Source: Eledone cirrhosa
Lineage: Eukaryota
Assembly: GCA_964016885.1 (NCBI GenBank)
Contig: OZ024743.1
Span: 162,316,001 to 162,380,000, forward strand
Direction: 5' to 3'
DNA: 64,000 bases
Shown: positions 28,658 to 43,310 of the stretch, piece by piece
Layout of the letters: each line of letters opens with the position of its first letter
How positions within the stretch are numbered: the first letter of the stretch is position 1
The notes under the pieces: generated by a model
Databases searched by the model: none
Told to the model about the DNA's origin: nothing
The model's input: the letters and a program-made list of their open reading frames with translations, nothing else
Made by a program: the position numbers and the translations under genes

Positions 28658-30559
28658 AGATGATGCATGACATACCCTGACATAGTAGATGGTTAAGATT
28701 CAGTCATGGTAGTTTATATACCTTAAGATTGAGACATGAAAAAACTTACATATAATACACAGGGTGCGTGTGAGAAAGCTTAAAAATACATAAGAGCAAT
28801 TTACATAAATGTTAGAGATTCAAATAATTTAAATTATTGAAGAAAGAAAGAAAGAAGAAAGACAGAGAGAAACAGATGAGGAAAAAATATAGTTACTAGA
28901 AGTATAGAAAGCAAAAGAGAATTGATCAAGGATAGAGAGACAAAGGGGAATAATTTTTATAGTATAAAGCATAGATAAATACATGAATATACATTTGGGC
29001 ATAGCTTTGTGAAAGAGTAAACTCGAATCTTTGAATTATCTAGAAGTATCCATCTATCTAAATATTAAATATATCTGGGTGTAATTATATGAGGGTTTAA
29101 TTTCGAGTCTTCAATTAATAAGAAATATACTAACAATTATTTATACACCATATATATCCAAACTTATCCGGCTGACCGCTAAATTTCAAATTCCTTATGT
29201 TAGTTCAGAATAATGGATTAAACTAAAGGTATAATATTTCAGGCTATAAAATTTATAAATGTCTATATTAATATTAAAGTATACTAACATATTTAATTTA
29301 TAAAATCATATTTAAAGTATTTTCAAACATGAGAAAGAAACTTAGTATTTTCATCCACACGAAGGTAAACCATATTAAATTATATTATCTTATATTATTT
29401 TCCTATATTAAAATAATGCTCATTATATAATTTAGAAAATAATTACAGTTATAACTTAAAAAATTTAAAATTAACAATTAGAATGCCCTAAAGCATCTAA
29501 AGGCCTTATAATTAAACTTTAAAAAGTTATTATTAAATTTGATATATGCATTTGTCCAAATATATACAAAGAGTATATTGTCTAAAGTTCAAGACGATAT
29601 TAGTCAGTTATACATAACACAATATAATATAATAGAATAAATAAGTTACTGTTAATATTGTTACAATTAAGGTTTTATATCAATTATTGTATCTTAGGAT
29701 CATGTAATACATATATACTATAAAAATTTCATTAATCATAAGGAAACGAACCAGATTCAAAATGAATAAGTAAATTGTTTGCGATCATATAAGTGCCAAA
29801 TATTTAAGCTATATAATTTAAAATACACGAACATTTTTTAAGGATCTATATATATCATATTTAAAGTGTCTGCAAACATGAGAAAGAGAAAACTTAAGAT
29901 TTTCATCGACCCGAAGGTAACCCGAATTTAATTAAATTAAAAAACAATAATCGTTATATAATTTAGAAAATATTTAACAATTATAACACTAGAATGTCCT
30001 TAAGTATCTAGAGTACTTATAAATGTAGCTAGAAGCTTGTTATTAAACCAGATATTCACACTTGTCCAAACACATACAGAGTATTCTGTTCTGAACTCAA
30101 GACGATATTAGTGATCCATATACATATAATAAATAAATAATAAAACTAGTAAAGTTATAATTGAAGTTTAACATCAAGTTAAGTGGAAAAAGTTTGTCGA
30201 CTAGGATCGTGTACGACGGATATACCATACATATATATATAAACAAATATGAATATATAAATCAAACATCTTGAATCTTAAAACTAACTTACTCAAAAAG
30301 AATAAATATATAAATACATAAAAGCATGAATTGTTTACGGTTAATTACAACTGTCAACCATATAAGCTATATATTTAAAAAAATACAAGAATCCCAAACA
30401 AAATAAAATGTATATTCATCAAGATATCGTGTTAACAATGTATATGTTAATATATTTATATAGAACCCTTAATCTAACAATTATCATATCATAAATGAGT
30501 AAAAAAAATTAATATAACATTTTACGCACTCAGTTGATACGAGACGTCAAAAAATTAGA

Positions 30560-32909
30560 ACGTATTTATTTAGTGTTTTTTCCTGACTTTTTGCGAGGCT
30601 TGGAATGTAGAGGAAGCTTTATGAAGGTAATTTGAGAATAATCCACTTTTTTTGTTAATTAAATTATCATTTTTAATAGGGTCTTCATGGTACAGAGATT
30701 ACAATTAGGTGATATTGACGAATTCCAGTATATTCGACTATTACACAGCTTCGACCAAGTAATCGAGTATTTTAAATTTTTGTCTTTTAACGACCATGTA
30801 AGTTGTGATAAAGAAGTCGAAGATTTCCTATTAGGATTCAAAAAAGAGCATTTATGATTCGCAAATCTTAATTTAAATGTCGATGAAGTTGCACTAATGT
30901 AGTTGTATGTGATGTCATTTGCTTTTACGGTGCATTTATAGACCAGATTGCTATTCAGACAATTATTTTGTAGAGGGCAATTTGATCTATTTCTACAATT
31001 ACATTTCGATTTATTGTTATTACTATAAATTGGACAATTGATATTAACATTGTTAGTACTTTGAAGTGTTCTATTGATTGTGCTTAGATCAATGTTATTG
31101 TTATTCCTAGTATTAATATTGCTAGTGTTATTAAATTCATTATCGTTAATTGTTTGTTGATTATGATTTAGAATTCTACTATTTATTTTTGCGATGTTCT
31201 GGGCCATATTCATAGTTGTAGAATAAGAAAGCTTAATTGTGTGTCTGTTAAATATGGACCGGTATTTGTGTTGAATGGGGAAGCATTTATCTAAAGCTTT
31301 AAAGAATAGATTTGCGAGTGGTGTTTTTATTGCTACCGAAGCGGGGGGTGGGCAAACCATATAACTGATTTAGTTCTGATTTTTTTCGCCGATTTATTCA
31401 CGGTATTGGTGTTTGTATTATAATTTTTAGAATCTCGTTTGTATATGTTAGTCTTATTTTTATCAGGATTATAATTCAAATTATTATTATCTATATATTC
31501 AATATTATTTTTATAACCTACCTTTCTTAGCGCGTCATTATAATATCCTGCTTTTTCATCTAATATGGATTTATTAGCGGAAATTCTAGTTATGCGTTTC
31601 TGCACACTATTGACTATTGCATTTTTCACGGATTTAGGGTGATTAGAGTAATAGCTAAAGTAATTTAAGTTTTCATTGGGAAAGGGTAATAAAAACCAGA
31701 GTTTAAGTTAAGGGTAACGTCAAGGAAATTAACTATTTTGGTACTACTTTCAACTTCTAATTTAAGGTCATAATTTTTTAAGAATTCAATTATAGTTTTC
31801 TTAACCCTATTTAGTTCTGTGTTGCTATGTTTGACAACCGTAAATAAAATATCGTCCCTATATAAACCACCGGTAATCTCCGGCAGTTTTCTATTTACCA
31901 TATTTAAGATAAAAATCCCCAGAAGATCGGTGACCTGCGCTGAGTCCGATGAGCCCATGGTAATGTCAAAGTTTCTATTCCTATCTGAACGGGTCCAATA
32001 CTCATTGTTGAAATTAATTAGAGTTATTTTAACAGTTAATATTATATTGATTTCATCCGTAGTTAGATCTGTATGTTTGTAAGCATAAGACAAAGCCTTA
32101 TTTAATAGGTTAGGTGTAATAGAAGAATTATAGCTTGCTATGTCCATTTGGATGAATTTGTGATTTTTCTTATTATCTATATTTTTAAACCAGTCAATCA
32201 CTTCATTAGTGTCCTTCCATAAGCTCAATTTAGACTTCAATTTCAGAGTAGGTAGAATTCTATCAATAATATTCTTACTGATTACTCCAATATCCGATTT
32301 AGATGGAGCTATCAGTCTAACGGGCAGGTCTTCCTCAAAGTTTCTCTTGTGATCCTTAAAATTTATCCTCGACTGTCTATGTATAAAAGGTTCGGTTCTT
32401 CCTTCAATTCTAAGTTTGGCTATTAATTTAAATGCATCATTATTGATGTCTGTAAGATCTTCAGCCGGGGCTTTGCTATAATTGTTCCGCAGTTCTTTTA
32501 AAATCAAATCATTATATTCTTCTGTATTTATCCCATATAAATTGTTGGTTTTGTCAGACTTCACCAATATTTTATTCACTTTTTTTATATCTAAGATTTT
32601 TTCTTTTAAAGTTCTAAGGTATTGGTGACCTTTATATGGATTTTTCTTGAATTTAATCTTCTTTAGTATATTCAACATTTCTGTTTCAAAATCCTCCAGG
32701 AGTTTGTTGTATGGGGGATTTTTTCTAAATTTAAAGATAGTTTCGAAATTATTGTTGTTGCTTTTCCTTTTAGCTTCTTTATTATAGAAATGAAATGCCC
32801 GCTATCTCACTCTTCTTATAAAAGTTTCCTCTATAAGTTTCCTCATGTATTCTTCATTAGATGGTATTGGTATATCCTTGAGAGATGTCGGGAATGTGAA
32901 GAATTTCAT
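30560..32909 (-). pseudogene. PLE RT + GIY-YIG ORF (Naiad-like motifs), frameshifted
   Basis: ATG at 32909: MKFFTFPTSLKDIPIPS..; KSDKTNNLY; KDHKRNF..VRLIAPSKSDIG; FDITMGSSDSAQV..GGLYRDD; CNCRNRSNCPLQNNC; LVYKC..YISAT..FKLRFANH; CNLC. Confidence 0.92.
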
Positions 32910-33114
32910 TATTTATTAAAATTTGCAATCTGTTGTAGAGAAAAGCGCTCAACCTGCTGGGAGCTAGATATATTTAAAGGTTAAACAAGGTTCAATGAAT
33001 AAATCAAAGAATGAGTTTTACAATAGATTGGAAGCACTCAACAAGGATGGTTTTCCGGAGTTATTAATATTAATTCAAAATATTAACAAAAATAGACATT
33101 CGTGTGATCAAGTA

Positions 33115-33181
33115 TATTTTATTATTCATATTTCAGAGGTACTGAGCTATCTTCAACAGTACGTTCTCATCAGATAAAATA
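33115..33181 (-). ncRNA. Type I hammerhead ribozyme in the 5' pseudo-LTR, ~200 nt upstream of the ORF
   Basis: Same motif with two substitutions. Confidence 0.75.
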
Positions 33182-35466
33182 AGATGATGCATGACATACC
33201 CTGACATAGTAGATGGTTAAGATTCAGTCATGGTAGTGAATATGATATGACAAGACTCAATATTTATATACCTTAAGATTGTGACATAAAAAAACTTACA
33301 TATAATACACAGGGTGCGTGTGAGAAAGCTTAAATATACATAATAGCAATTTACATAACTGTTAGAGATTCAAATAATTTAAATTATTGAAGAAAGAAAG
33401 AAGAAAGACAGAGAGAAACAGATGAGGAAAAATATAGTTACTAGAAGTATAGAGATCAAAAGAGAATTGATCAAGGATAGAGAGACAAAGGGGAATAATT
33501 TTTATAGTATAAAGCATAGATAAATACATGAATATACATTTGGGCATAGCTTTGTGAAAGAGTAAACTCGAATCTTGAATTATCTAGAAGTATCCATCTA
33601 TCTAAATATTAAATATATCTGGGTGCAATTAATAAGAAATATACTAACAATTATTTATACACCATATATATCCAAACTTATCCGGCTGACCGTTAAATTT
33701 CAAATTCCTTATGTTAGTTCAGAATAATGGATTAAACTAAAGGTATAATATTTCAGGCTATAAAAGTTTATAAATATCTATATTAATATTAAAGTATACT
33801 AACATATTTAATTTATAAAATCATATTTATAGTATTTTCAAACATGAGAAAGAAACTTAGTATTTTTATCCACACGAAGGTAAACCATATTAAATTATAT
33901 TATCTTATATTATTTTCCCATACTAAAATAATTCTCCCTATATAATTTAGACAATAATTACAGTTATAACTTTAAAAATTTAAAATTAACAATTAAAATG
34001 CCCTAAAGCATCTAAAGGCCTTATAATTAAACTTAAAAAAGTTATTATTAAATTTGATATATGCATTTGTCCAAATATATACAAAGAGTATATTGTCTAA
34101 AGTTCAAGACGATATTAGTCAGTTATACATAACACAATATAATATAATAGAATAAATAAGTTACTGTTAATGTTGTTACAATTAAGGTTTTATATCAATT
34201 ATTGTATCTTAGGATCATGTAATACATATATACTATAAAAATGTCATTAATCATAAGGAAACGAACCAGATTCAAAATAAATAAGTAAATTGTTTGCGAT
34301 CATATAAGTGCCAAATATTTAAGCTATATAATTTTAAATACACGAAAATTTGTTAAGGATCTATATAGTAGTATAGTATCTGGTTCGTTTCCTTATGATT
34401 CATGAAATTTGTATAGTATATATGTATTACATGATCCTAAGATACAATAATTGATATAAAACCTTAATTGTAACAATATTAACAGTAACTTATTTATTCT
34501 ATTATATTATATTGTGTTATGTATAACTGACTAATATCGTCTTGAACTTTAGACAATATACTCTTTGTATATATTTGGACAAATGCATATATCAAATTTA
34601 ATAATAACTTTTTTAAGTTTAATTATAAGGCCTTTAGGGCATTCTAATTGTTAATTTAAAATTTTTAAAGTTATAACTGTAATTATTTTCTAAATTATAT
34701 AGGGAGAATTATTTTAGTATGGGAAAATAATATAAGATAATATAATTTAATATGGTTTACCTTCGTGTGGATAAAAATACTAAGTTTCTTTCTCATGTTT
34801 GAAAATACTTTAAATATGATTTTATAAATTAAATATGTTAGTATACTTTAATATTAATTTAGACATTTATAAACTTTTATAGCCTGAAATATTATACTTT
34901 AGTTTAATCCATTATTCTGAACTAACATAAGGAATTTGAAATTTAGCGGTCAGCCGGATAAGTTTGGATATATATGGTGTATAAATAATTGTTAGTATAT
35001 TTCTTATTAATTGAGGACTCGAAATTAAACCCTCATATAATTACACCCAGATATATTTAATATTTAGATAGATGGATACTTCTAGATAATTCAAAGATTC
35101 GAGTTTACTCTTTCACAAAGCTATGCCCAAATGTATATTCATGTATTTATCTATGCTTTATACTATAAAAATTATTCCCCTTTGTTTCTCTATCCTTGAT
35201 CAATTCTCTTTTGATCTCTATACTTCTAGTAACTATATTTTTCCTCATCTGTTTCTCTCTGTTTTTCTTCTTTCTTTCTTTCTTCAATAATTTAAATTAT
35301 TTGAATCTCTAACAGTTATGTAAATTGCTATTATGTATATTTAAGCTTTCTCACACGCACCCTGTGTATTATATGTAAGTTTTTTCATGTCTCAATCTTA
35401 AGGTATATAAACTACCATGACTGAATCTTAACCATCTACTATGTCAGGGTATGTCATGCATCATCT

Positions 35467-35533
35467 TATTTTATCTGATGAGGACGTACTGTTGAAGATA
35501 GCTCAGTACCTCTGAAATATGTATAATAAAATA
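35467..35533 (+). ncRNA. Type I hammerhead ribozyme in the inverted terminal copy
   Basis: UAUUUUAU-CUGAUGA(35475)-GGACGUACUG...CAGUACCUCU-GAAA(35514)-UAUGUA-UA-AUAAAAUA. Stem I is a perfect 8 bp. Confidence 0.82.
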
Positions 35534-35674
35534 TACTTGATCACACGAATGTCTATTTTTGTTAATATTTTGAATTAATATTAATAACTCCGGAAAACCA
35601 TACTTGTTGAGTGCTTCCAATCTATTGTAAAACTCATTCTTTGATTTATTCATTGAACCTTGTTTAACCTTTAA

Positions 35675-35723
<49 letters not shown>

Positions 35724-35991
35724 TACATACACACACACACTCATATATATATTGATATTTATGTGTGTGTGTGTGTGTGTGTGTTATGGTGTGTCTGTTC
35801 CAGCGTTCCTCTTTCTCTGTCTTCGGTTTCTCTCTCGCTCTCTTCATTTCTTTAACTGCTTTTTCTTCGAATGTGTTACTATACGTGTGCATATATATAT
35901 ATTTATGTGTATATCTATATGTCTGTATTTGTGTATGTGTGCGAATGTGAAACATGCAATGCAGACGTTGAGACCTGCAATCAGCTATGTT

Positions 35992-36064
<73 letters not shown>

Positions 36065-36071
36065 CAGACAA

Positions 36072-36590
36072 GTAGGTGTAGTTAGATAGGTATGTAGATA
36101 GGTAGGTAGGTTGGTAGGTAGGTAGGTAGGTAGGTAGGTAGGTAGGTAGGTAGGTAGGTAGGTAGATAGGTAGGTAGGTAGGTAGGTAGGTAGGTAGGTA
36201 GGTAGATTGGTAGGTAGGTAGGTAGGTAGGAAGGTAGGTAGGTAGGTAGGTAGGTAGGTAGGTAGGTAGGTAGGTAGGTAGGTAGATAGGTAGGTAGGTA
36301 GGTAGGTAGGTAGGTAGATTGGTAGGTAGGTAGGTAGGTAGGAAGGTAGGTAGGTAGGTAGGTAGGTAGGTAGGTAGGTAGGTAGGTAGGTAGGTAGATT
36401 GGTAGGTAGGTAGGTAGGAAGGTAGGTAGGTAGGTAGGTAGGTAGGTAGGTAGGTAGGTAGATTGGTAGGTAGGTAGGTAGGTAGGAAGGTAGGTAGGTA
36501 GGTAGGTAGGTAGGTAGGTAGGTAGGTAGGTAGGTAGGTAGGTAGGTAGGTAGGTAGGTAGGTAGGTAGGTAGAAGGGTAGGTAGGCATG
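36072..36590. repeat. (TAGG)n microsatellite, ~500 bp, with AGAT/GGAA interruptions
   Basis: Direct reading. Confidence 0.97.
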
Positions 36591-38205
36591 TAGGTATATT
36601 GGTAGATAGGACGGTAGGTAGTTAGGTAATTAGGTATATAGCTACGTCATTAATAATGGTTTCTAATAATTTGAACTGGAGTCTTTCTGGCCATACTGAA
36701 ACATCATCACAAGGTACAAAAGTTTTAAGGAAGAATATTGATGTTCGTAAGGCATCACCTTGCACGCACTTTATTGCCTACGCACTCAGAACAACTGTAA
36801 ACCAACATATACATCATATATTTTTACACATACACACAAACACGCATGCAATGACATGTTAGTTTATTTACACACAGCATCTAGAGTAATGATATTGTCT
36901 GTTATTCAAAAATGCCGACAAACTAGTGATACTTGAGAAATAAACGATACATAACATCCCTAGCAACTATATGCCTACAGCCTGAAGCGATCTCCCTTCT
37001 CTTATCTTAGATTTAGCCACTCAATATCAGCTATACATGTGCTTCACGAAACTCAACGACACTCGATGCTAAATGACAAATGAACTAACGTTTTAAAAGC
37101 ATAATTAATAAAAGAAGAAAAATGTATACTTTGCCATTGATTTTAAGGTGTATATATACCTGTAGTTGCATTTGTTTACACGCCTGTCTCTGTGCACGGA
37201 ATCACTGAGCATGTCAGGTGTACATAGAAATTGCACATTCGCAATGAGTGACGGTTGACAAAGACTATATCAAAATACGCTTTTGGCATCTTTATGGGGT
37301 GTGGGGTATTTTACAAACAAAATATTGAAAGGCGAACACAGTACTTTGAAGACAAAACCCAGTAGATTAAGACAGATAAAAACAATGCGAAGAAGAAAAA
37401 AGAATGATATGCTGGAAGACGAGGGAGTTTTGTTATGTGTGCTTATGAGTGCACATTTTCAATAAGAAAAGGCGCGTGACTCCTGCAGCTAACAAGCACA
37501 GCACACGCGTGTATGCATGCATACATACATGATTCAATGCACGAATGCATGCATGATTACGTGAGCATTTGTGTGTGTGTGTGTGTGAGTACAAGCGTGC
37601 ATATGACTTTGTGGAAAACATCTTTAGTAAATAGCGGATGAAATGACAAACTAATTCCGTAAATTGAATCATCAGACGTTTGTTTGTTTGTTTGTTTTTG
37701 ACATAAAATACAGATATTTAGAGTAATATTTTTATAAACACTACTTTTTTCAACCATTTTTTCTTTCTTTTTTTTTTTTCGTTTTGTAAAAATATACATA
37801 GTAAGATATTTTCGTCACTTATCACCCAATGTGCTTATTATTTTAAGGGCGAGCGGCATTACAAAAAGAAGCAGACGACGTTTAAAGGAAAGAAAAGGGC
37901 GGGAAAAAAACAGAAACATCACTTTACCTTGAAGGATTGCTGCTTAGTTAGTGCCAAAACATCTGTAGGTGTTTATCCAGGAACGTGGTAGCAGCACTGA
38001 CAATTAAAGCAACACTTTGAGTGGGAATTGAGACAACAACGGCAGCAGCAGAGGCAGCAGCACCAATAGAAGCAGCAGAAGTAGCAGTGGATTCATCTAC
38101 TCACTGCCGCAATGGAGACGGCATTGGTGCTTCTTCTCAGTATTCCTATAGAATTACTAGTAGTACTATTAGTTAGGATTAGAACTAATAATAGCATGTG
38201 TCAAT

Positions 38206-38237
<32 letters not shown>

Positions 38238-38279
38238 GTGTGTATATATATATATGTATGTGTGTGTGTATATATATGT

Positions 38280-38322
<43 letters not shown>

Positions 38323-38553
38323 AATTAAGCTGATGTGTACAGTGACAAAGAGTAAGTTTATTTTGTATGTGTATGTACTTATACACACTCATATATATAT
38401 ATAGATATATAGATATATAGATATATAGATATATACAGAGAGAAAGAGAGGGGGAAGAGGGGAGACTATGTGAAAAAAGAGAGAAGGAGAGAAAAAGTGA
38501 TGGAAAGAAAGACAGAAACTCAAGGATTGATATGGAGAGGGAGAGGAATATAT

Positions 38554-38614
<61 letters not shown>

Positions 38615-38627
38615 CAAATATATAGAT

Positions 38628-38667
<40 letters not shown>

Positions 38668-38669
<2 letters not shown>

Positions 38670-38812
38670 TTCTTTATTAGCCACAAGGGCGCAACAAGAA
38701 AGGGGACAATACAAAGACATGCCGGGGATTTTACATACAGTCGTGTAAAAAATATAAAAACAAACAATTTCAACAATCGAAATCCCCAATAGGGGGGAGG
38801 CGCCACAAATGG
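38668..38812 (-). mobile_element. Tx1/L1-like 3' UTR fragment inserted in (GATA)n
   Basis: cctccccctattgggg...cccttgtggctaataaagaaatc matches the 3' ends at 12226 and 13382. (ATCT)n on both sides. Confidence 0.8.
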
Positions 38813-38813
38813 G

Positions 38814-38888
<75 letters not shown>

Positions 38889-39211
38889 GCGCATTAGTAA
38901 AAGTTTGGGCACCAATGAGGATATAGACACATTTGTTTATATAAATGTGTGTGTAGGTATAAATATATATATGTGTGTGTGTGTGTGCGTGTATATGTGA
39001 GTGTGTGTGCGTATGTGTGTGTATGTATTTATGTATGTATGTATTCATCTATGTATTGTATGTATATATATATATAGGAAAATGTATGACCCCGACGGCA
39101 GAGCTCAAGCCGTTTCGACGGCTATTTCTAGACTATATATATATATATTACACACATGCATATTACACACTTGCAAACATACATACTTGCAAACATACAT
39201 GTATATGCGTG

Positions 39212-39249
<38 letters not shown>

Positions 39250-39299
39250 TACGTTTGTGATACAGAGATACGCGCACATACATATATATTATATATATT

Positions 39300-39760
39300 C
39301 TTCCTGGTCCAAGCAGCCCTCACCAGCGCACGTGAGGTCCAACAACACCTCAGTTTTCACTCTTGCTTCAGACCCCACTGCTACACATGCAATTTCATCA
39401 CCAACACCACTAGCTTTAGTGGGCCAAACGGCCAATTTTTCCAAGTCAGAAACTCCTTCCGCTGCACCTCCTCCAGCCTTGTCTACGGGTTCCATTGCAC
39501 GTTATATGAGGCCGTCTACATTGGAAAAACCGGTTTTCGACTAGCAGACAGGTTTGCCGAGCATCTCCGTGGCATTAGGCTCGGTAACCAGTCTCCAGTT
39601 ACCCGACATTTCCACACCGCTCGGCACTCTACACACCATCTTACTGTTTTCGACCTCGTTGCTTGCTCCGAAGCCCAGGATTCAGCAGATTATTGTTTCT
39701 CTCCAAACATGGAGCGAAAATTGCCTTAAATCCCCATCCCTCTTCCTATAACCGTTCCCA
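39300..39760 (+). pseudogene. PLE GIY-YIG endonuclease fragment with Cys-rich linker
   Basis: CFRPHCYTCNFI...SFRCTSSSLVYGFHC..VYIGKTGFRLADRFAEH...PVTRHF. Confidence 0.85.
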
Positions 39761-41478
39761 TTACCCACCTCCCAACCACTCACATACCCACACACGCGCA
39801 CTACTACTTCACCAACACATCCACTCACACACACGCCCAGACAAACTAACACACATAGATATGAAAAAACAAACTAATTAATTAGTTACACCAATACGAC
39901 CGTGATACACATTTAATCCTACTAACGTTACTAATTAACTAATCTAATATACTAACAGACCACTTTCACACCAACACACATGAGCTACTCCCAACGCGCA
40001 CCGACACACCCATCCACACGCACACTTGGACACACCAACACGATCATAGATAAATATACACATTTCATTGTTCCTAACTAATTAATCAACTAATCATACT
40101 GTCACACCACTACACGGCCAACTCAAACATTAATACAACACTCCTTTACTACCAACACACACATCCTAGAAATAACAACCAAATATCCTTCAAATCACAG
40201 CCTACTATATTTAAAACAAGAATACATAGGGTAATACATTGCAGTTCTTGATGCACTTTGTCTGAAAAAAAACGGGATAATCACAGCTAAAATGTCATTG
40301 TCCTAGTTGGTCATAGCTGACATGGGGTTAAACAATAACTATAACAATAATCTTTAGTCAGAGAATCACCACAAAGTTCTGTCTCTGGCCTCTTATTCAT
40401 CATTCCGTTAGACATAACTAACAGAATTCATTCTGAAATAATCCTTTTGTATATCACACGAGGTAAAGACCGCCAAGGATTATTCAGAGATTATTCCGAA
40501 AGTTGAACTCTATACACGACTGGAAACAAAATATTAATACGATGTTCGATAGTAATGGAAAGAAATATCCAATGAGTCCCGAAAATGAACCAATGAGAAT
40601 CAATGTGGTATCATTCTCTCCAGTAATCATTCTTTCTAAAACACAGACTACATTCTGAGAACTTTCTCTGGTCCTAAGATGTAGGAATGTCTGCTCGCCG
40701 TTGTTATATGGTCTGAAAATGTTATTATATGGAATATACCTCCGTCTTACAATTGCCAAAATTGTTTCGCAAGGTCCGTAACTGACCACATCTGATAGTA
40801 TCAAAAAGATAAGAGTAAAACCTTTGTTTAAACGTGTATTACACCCACATAGCTTTTACTGCTCGCAGCTTAGCTGGTGTTTACAGGTGTAACTTCAGTA
40901 TCATATATTATGAACGTAATGTTACAACTTTGTTGCAGGGGCATTCGTCTTTTATCCTGCAAGAGCATCTTGGTTTTTCTGTTTGATTTATTTATTTTTT
41001 GTTTGTTTTTTCAACCTGCATGCCAACATGGTTTATTTTCGGCACACATGCCTTCCTTTTTTTAAAATGAAATCTGTTTGACTCTTTTCTTCTTCCTACG
41101 TCTCTTTCTGTCATTTTAAAACTGATGAAATGATCGACTTAATATCAATTCAGATAAATCAATTCAACTCTAGTTACGAAACCTAAGTGGTAGCGTTATG
41201 TTTTGAGTGCACGAACCATAATATATATATATGTGTGTGTGTGTAAAGGATATATGATTATAAAGAGGCGAGAGGAGTTTGGAAATTGAAATAGAAGGTT
41301 TCGCCGTAACTTTTTAACTAAATAAAATAGTCTTAAAACGGAGCGTATAAACCAACTGAACATAAAAAGATGGGGTTTATCTTCTTCCATTCACTGGCTT
41401 TTGTGCTCCATTATAAAACTATTTTTTTTAGCCAAAAAGTTACGGCGAAATCTTCTATTTCAATGTTGTGTGTTTGTT

Positions 41479-41525
<47 letters not shown>

Positions 41526-42589
41526 TCTCTATATATAATATATAGAGAGACAGAGGGGTAGAGAGAGAGAGGGTTAGTGATAGATATTGGTTTGGTGATG
41601 TGGTGGTTTGCTTAGTTTATTTGTGGTGGTGTAGTAGAAGTGTGAAGATGTTGAGTGAGTAGGTTGTTGGTCGAGTAATAGCAAGTGAGTGAAGTATGTC
41701 TCAGTGAGTCTGGAGAAGTTTTGCCCTGTTCGAGAAACAAGTAGTTGTACTCGCTTGTGGTTGTTTGATATGATATTACTGCGGAGATGATTTTCCCAAA
41801 TCACATGGATAAGAATTAAGAAATGAACAAGACACTGCTAATTTAAATGTTTTTATTTGTAACATGACTTATGTTGAAATCATGTGAAGCAATGGACAAC
41901 GGAAAAAGATGTACGTATAGATGTAGTATGTTATATGTGCTGCAAATGTAGAATACCATAGTAGTAATACTTACTAGCTTGTGCTGGCTGTAATTCAGCT
42001 AGTGCCGATCCGAACAGGGCTGGCTAGCCAGTGCGTGCATCTGTGAGTGTGGCTACATCGCATGGCTGGCCGAACAAACTATTTATTTGTTGAAGGGTCA
42101 AAGGTAGACAATATTTTACGGGATCGAAATTTCTTGTGTATATCATATTTAGGGTGCGCAGAAACATTAAACAGATGGCCTTTTCGACTGTGCTCTTTTC
42201 GGACACTCTTTTGCCGTGAGTCCCTTACAAGAGAATATTATCTGGGTTTTGGGCTCTGCGGTCCCAGTTCTGGCTTTTGGTCGTGTGTGGCAGAGTAAGA
42301 AAACCATTGTAGGGAAAATATGTTGATATTTCGTTTTATATGTATATGCGTGTGAGTGTGTGTGCGTCTGTGTGTGTGTCTATGTGTGTGTGTGTGTGTG
42401 TCTGCGTGTGTGTCTGTGTGTGTGTGTATTTGTGTGTGCGCGTATGTGTGTATGTGTGTGTGTGTGTGTGAGTGAGTGGGTGCGTATGTATGTGTGTGAA
42501 TATTACATAAAAATGACTTCTACAGGACTAGAACTCTTTCATTCATATGATATCATCATATTGTAGTACACACTTCGTGTAAACGTCCC

Positions 42590-43310
42590 AGAGTTTAGAG
42601 CACTCAGTCCATGGGACGGGTTATGTATAATCAGTAACAACAATATCATACGTAAATACTTAAGTTTCGTTGAGTTTAACACTAACTCATTCAGTCTGTC
42701 ATATTGTGATCACAATATGACAAACTGAATGAGTTAGTGTTAAAGCCAACGAAACTTAAGTATCTACGTATGATATTGTTGTTACTGATTATATATATAT
42801 GAGTTGTGGTATATGGGAGGATAGTGTGTATGTGTTTCATTGGTTTGTGTTTGTTTTCGTCATATAGTTTGTTTTTGGTTGTTTTATTACGCACGTTTTT
42901 TTGTTTATTTTTGATATGTGAGAAATCCAAATGTCTAATAAAATTACCATTGCATTACCAATGAAGACGAGAGGGGATTGGTCACGAGGCTTTTGGAAGT
43001 TTCTATTGGTTCTGTTGGCGAGATTATTCCAATTTCAGCTTCCAAACATTTGTTATATAATGTTAACAGCCTTTCATTCAATAGTAAAGGCGTAGTTTGG
43101 ATTTTTGATGAGCTATAGAATGCGTTCATTTTTTGGAGTACTGTTGTTACACGATATAGTCTGTTGATCGTGAATTCCTTTCGTTGTTTTGGTTATTAAA
43201 GAAAGACGTTGTTATTATTTTTTTTTAAATCATCATTATATATAATTTGCTGCAAAAGCTTGGTAGAAGACGTTGATCTTTGTCGTTTTCACGTTGAGTG
43301 TGCAATTACC
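42590..43310 (-). mobile_element. Highly decayed PLE-like 3' fragment
   Basis: gcactcagtccatgggacg at 42600 is shared with the end of the PLE at 18080. Only faint GIY-YIG-like remnants on the minus strand. Confidence 0.35.

Larger units (their letters stand above)
28546..35675 (-). mobile_element. Near full-length Penelope-like element: inverted terminal copy + 5' pseudo-LTR + ORF + long 3' UTR/pseudo-LTR
   Basis: ~33070-34365 directly repeats ~28546-29850. ~34375-35675 is the inverted copy. (TA)n at both outer ends. Confidence 0.92.

Noticed and set aside
36072-36590. Telomere-like array
   Set aside because: The unit is TAGG, not TTAGGG or TTAGG; an ordinary tetranucleotide microsatellite.
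36640-42360. Host exons or promoter in the less repetitive stretches (e.g. GTAAG near 42295, minus-strand donor near 37927)
   Set aside because: Splice-like motifs alone, with no recognisable coding similarity; cannot be supported without RNA data.
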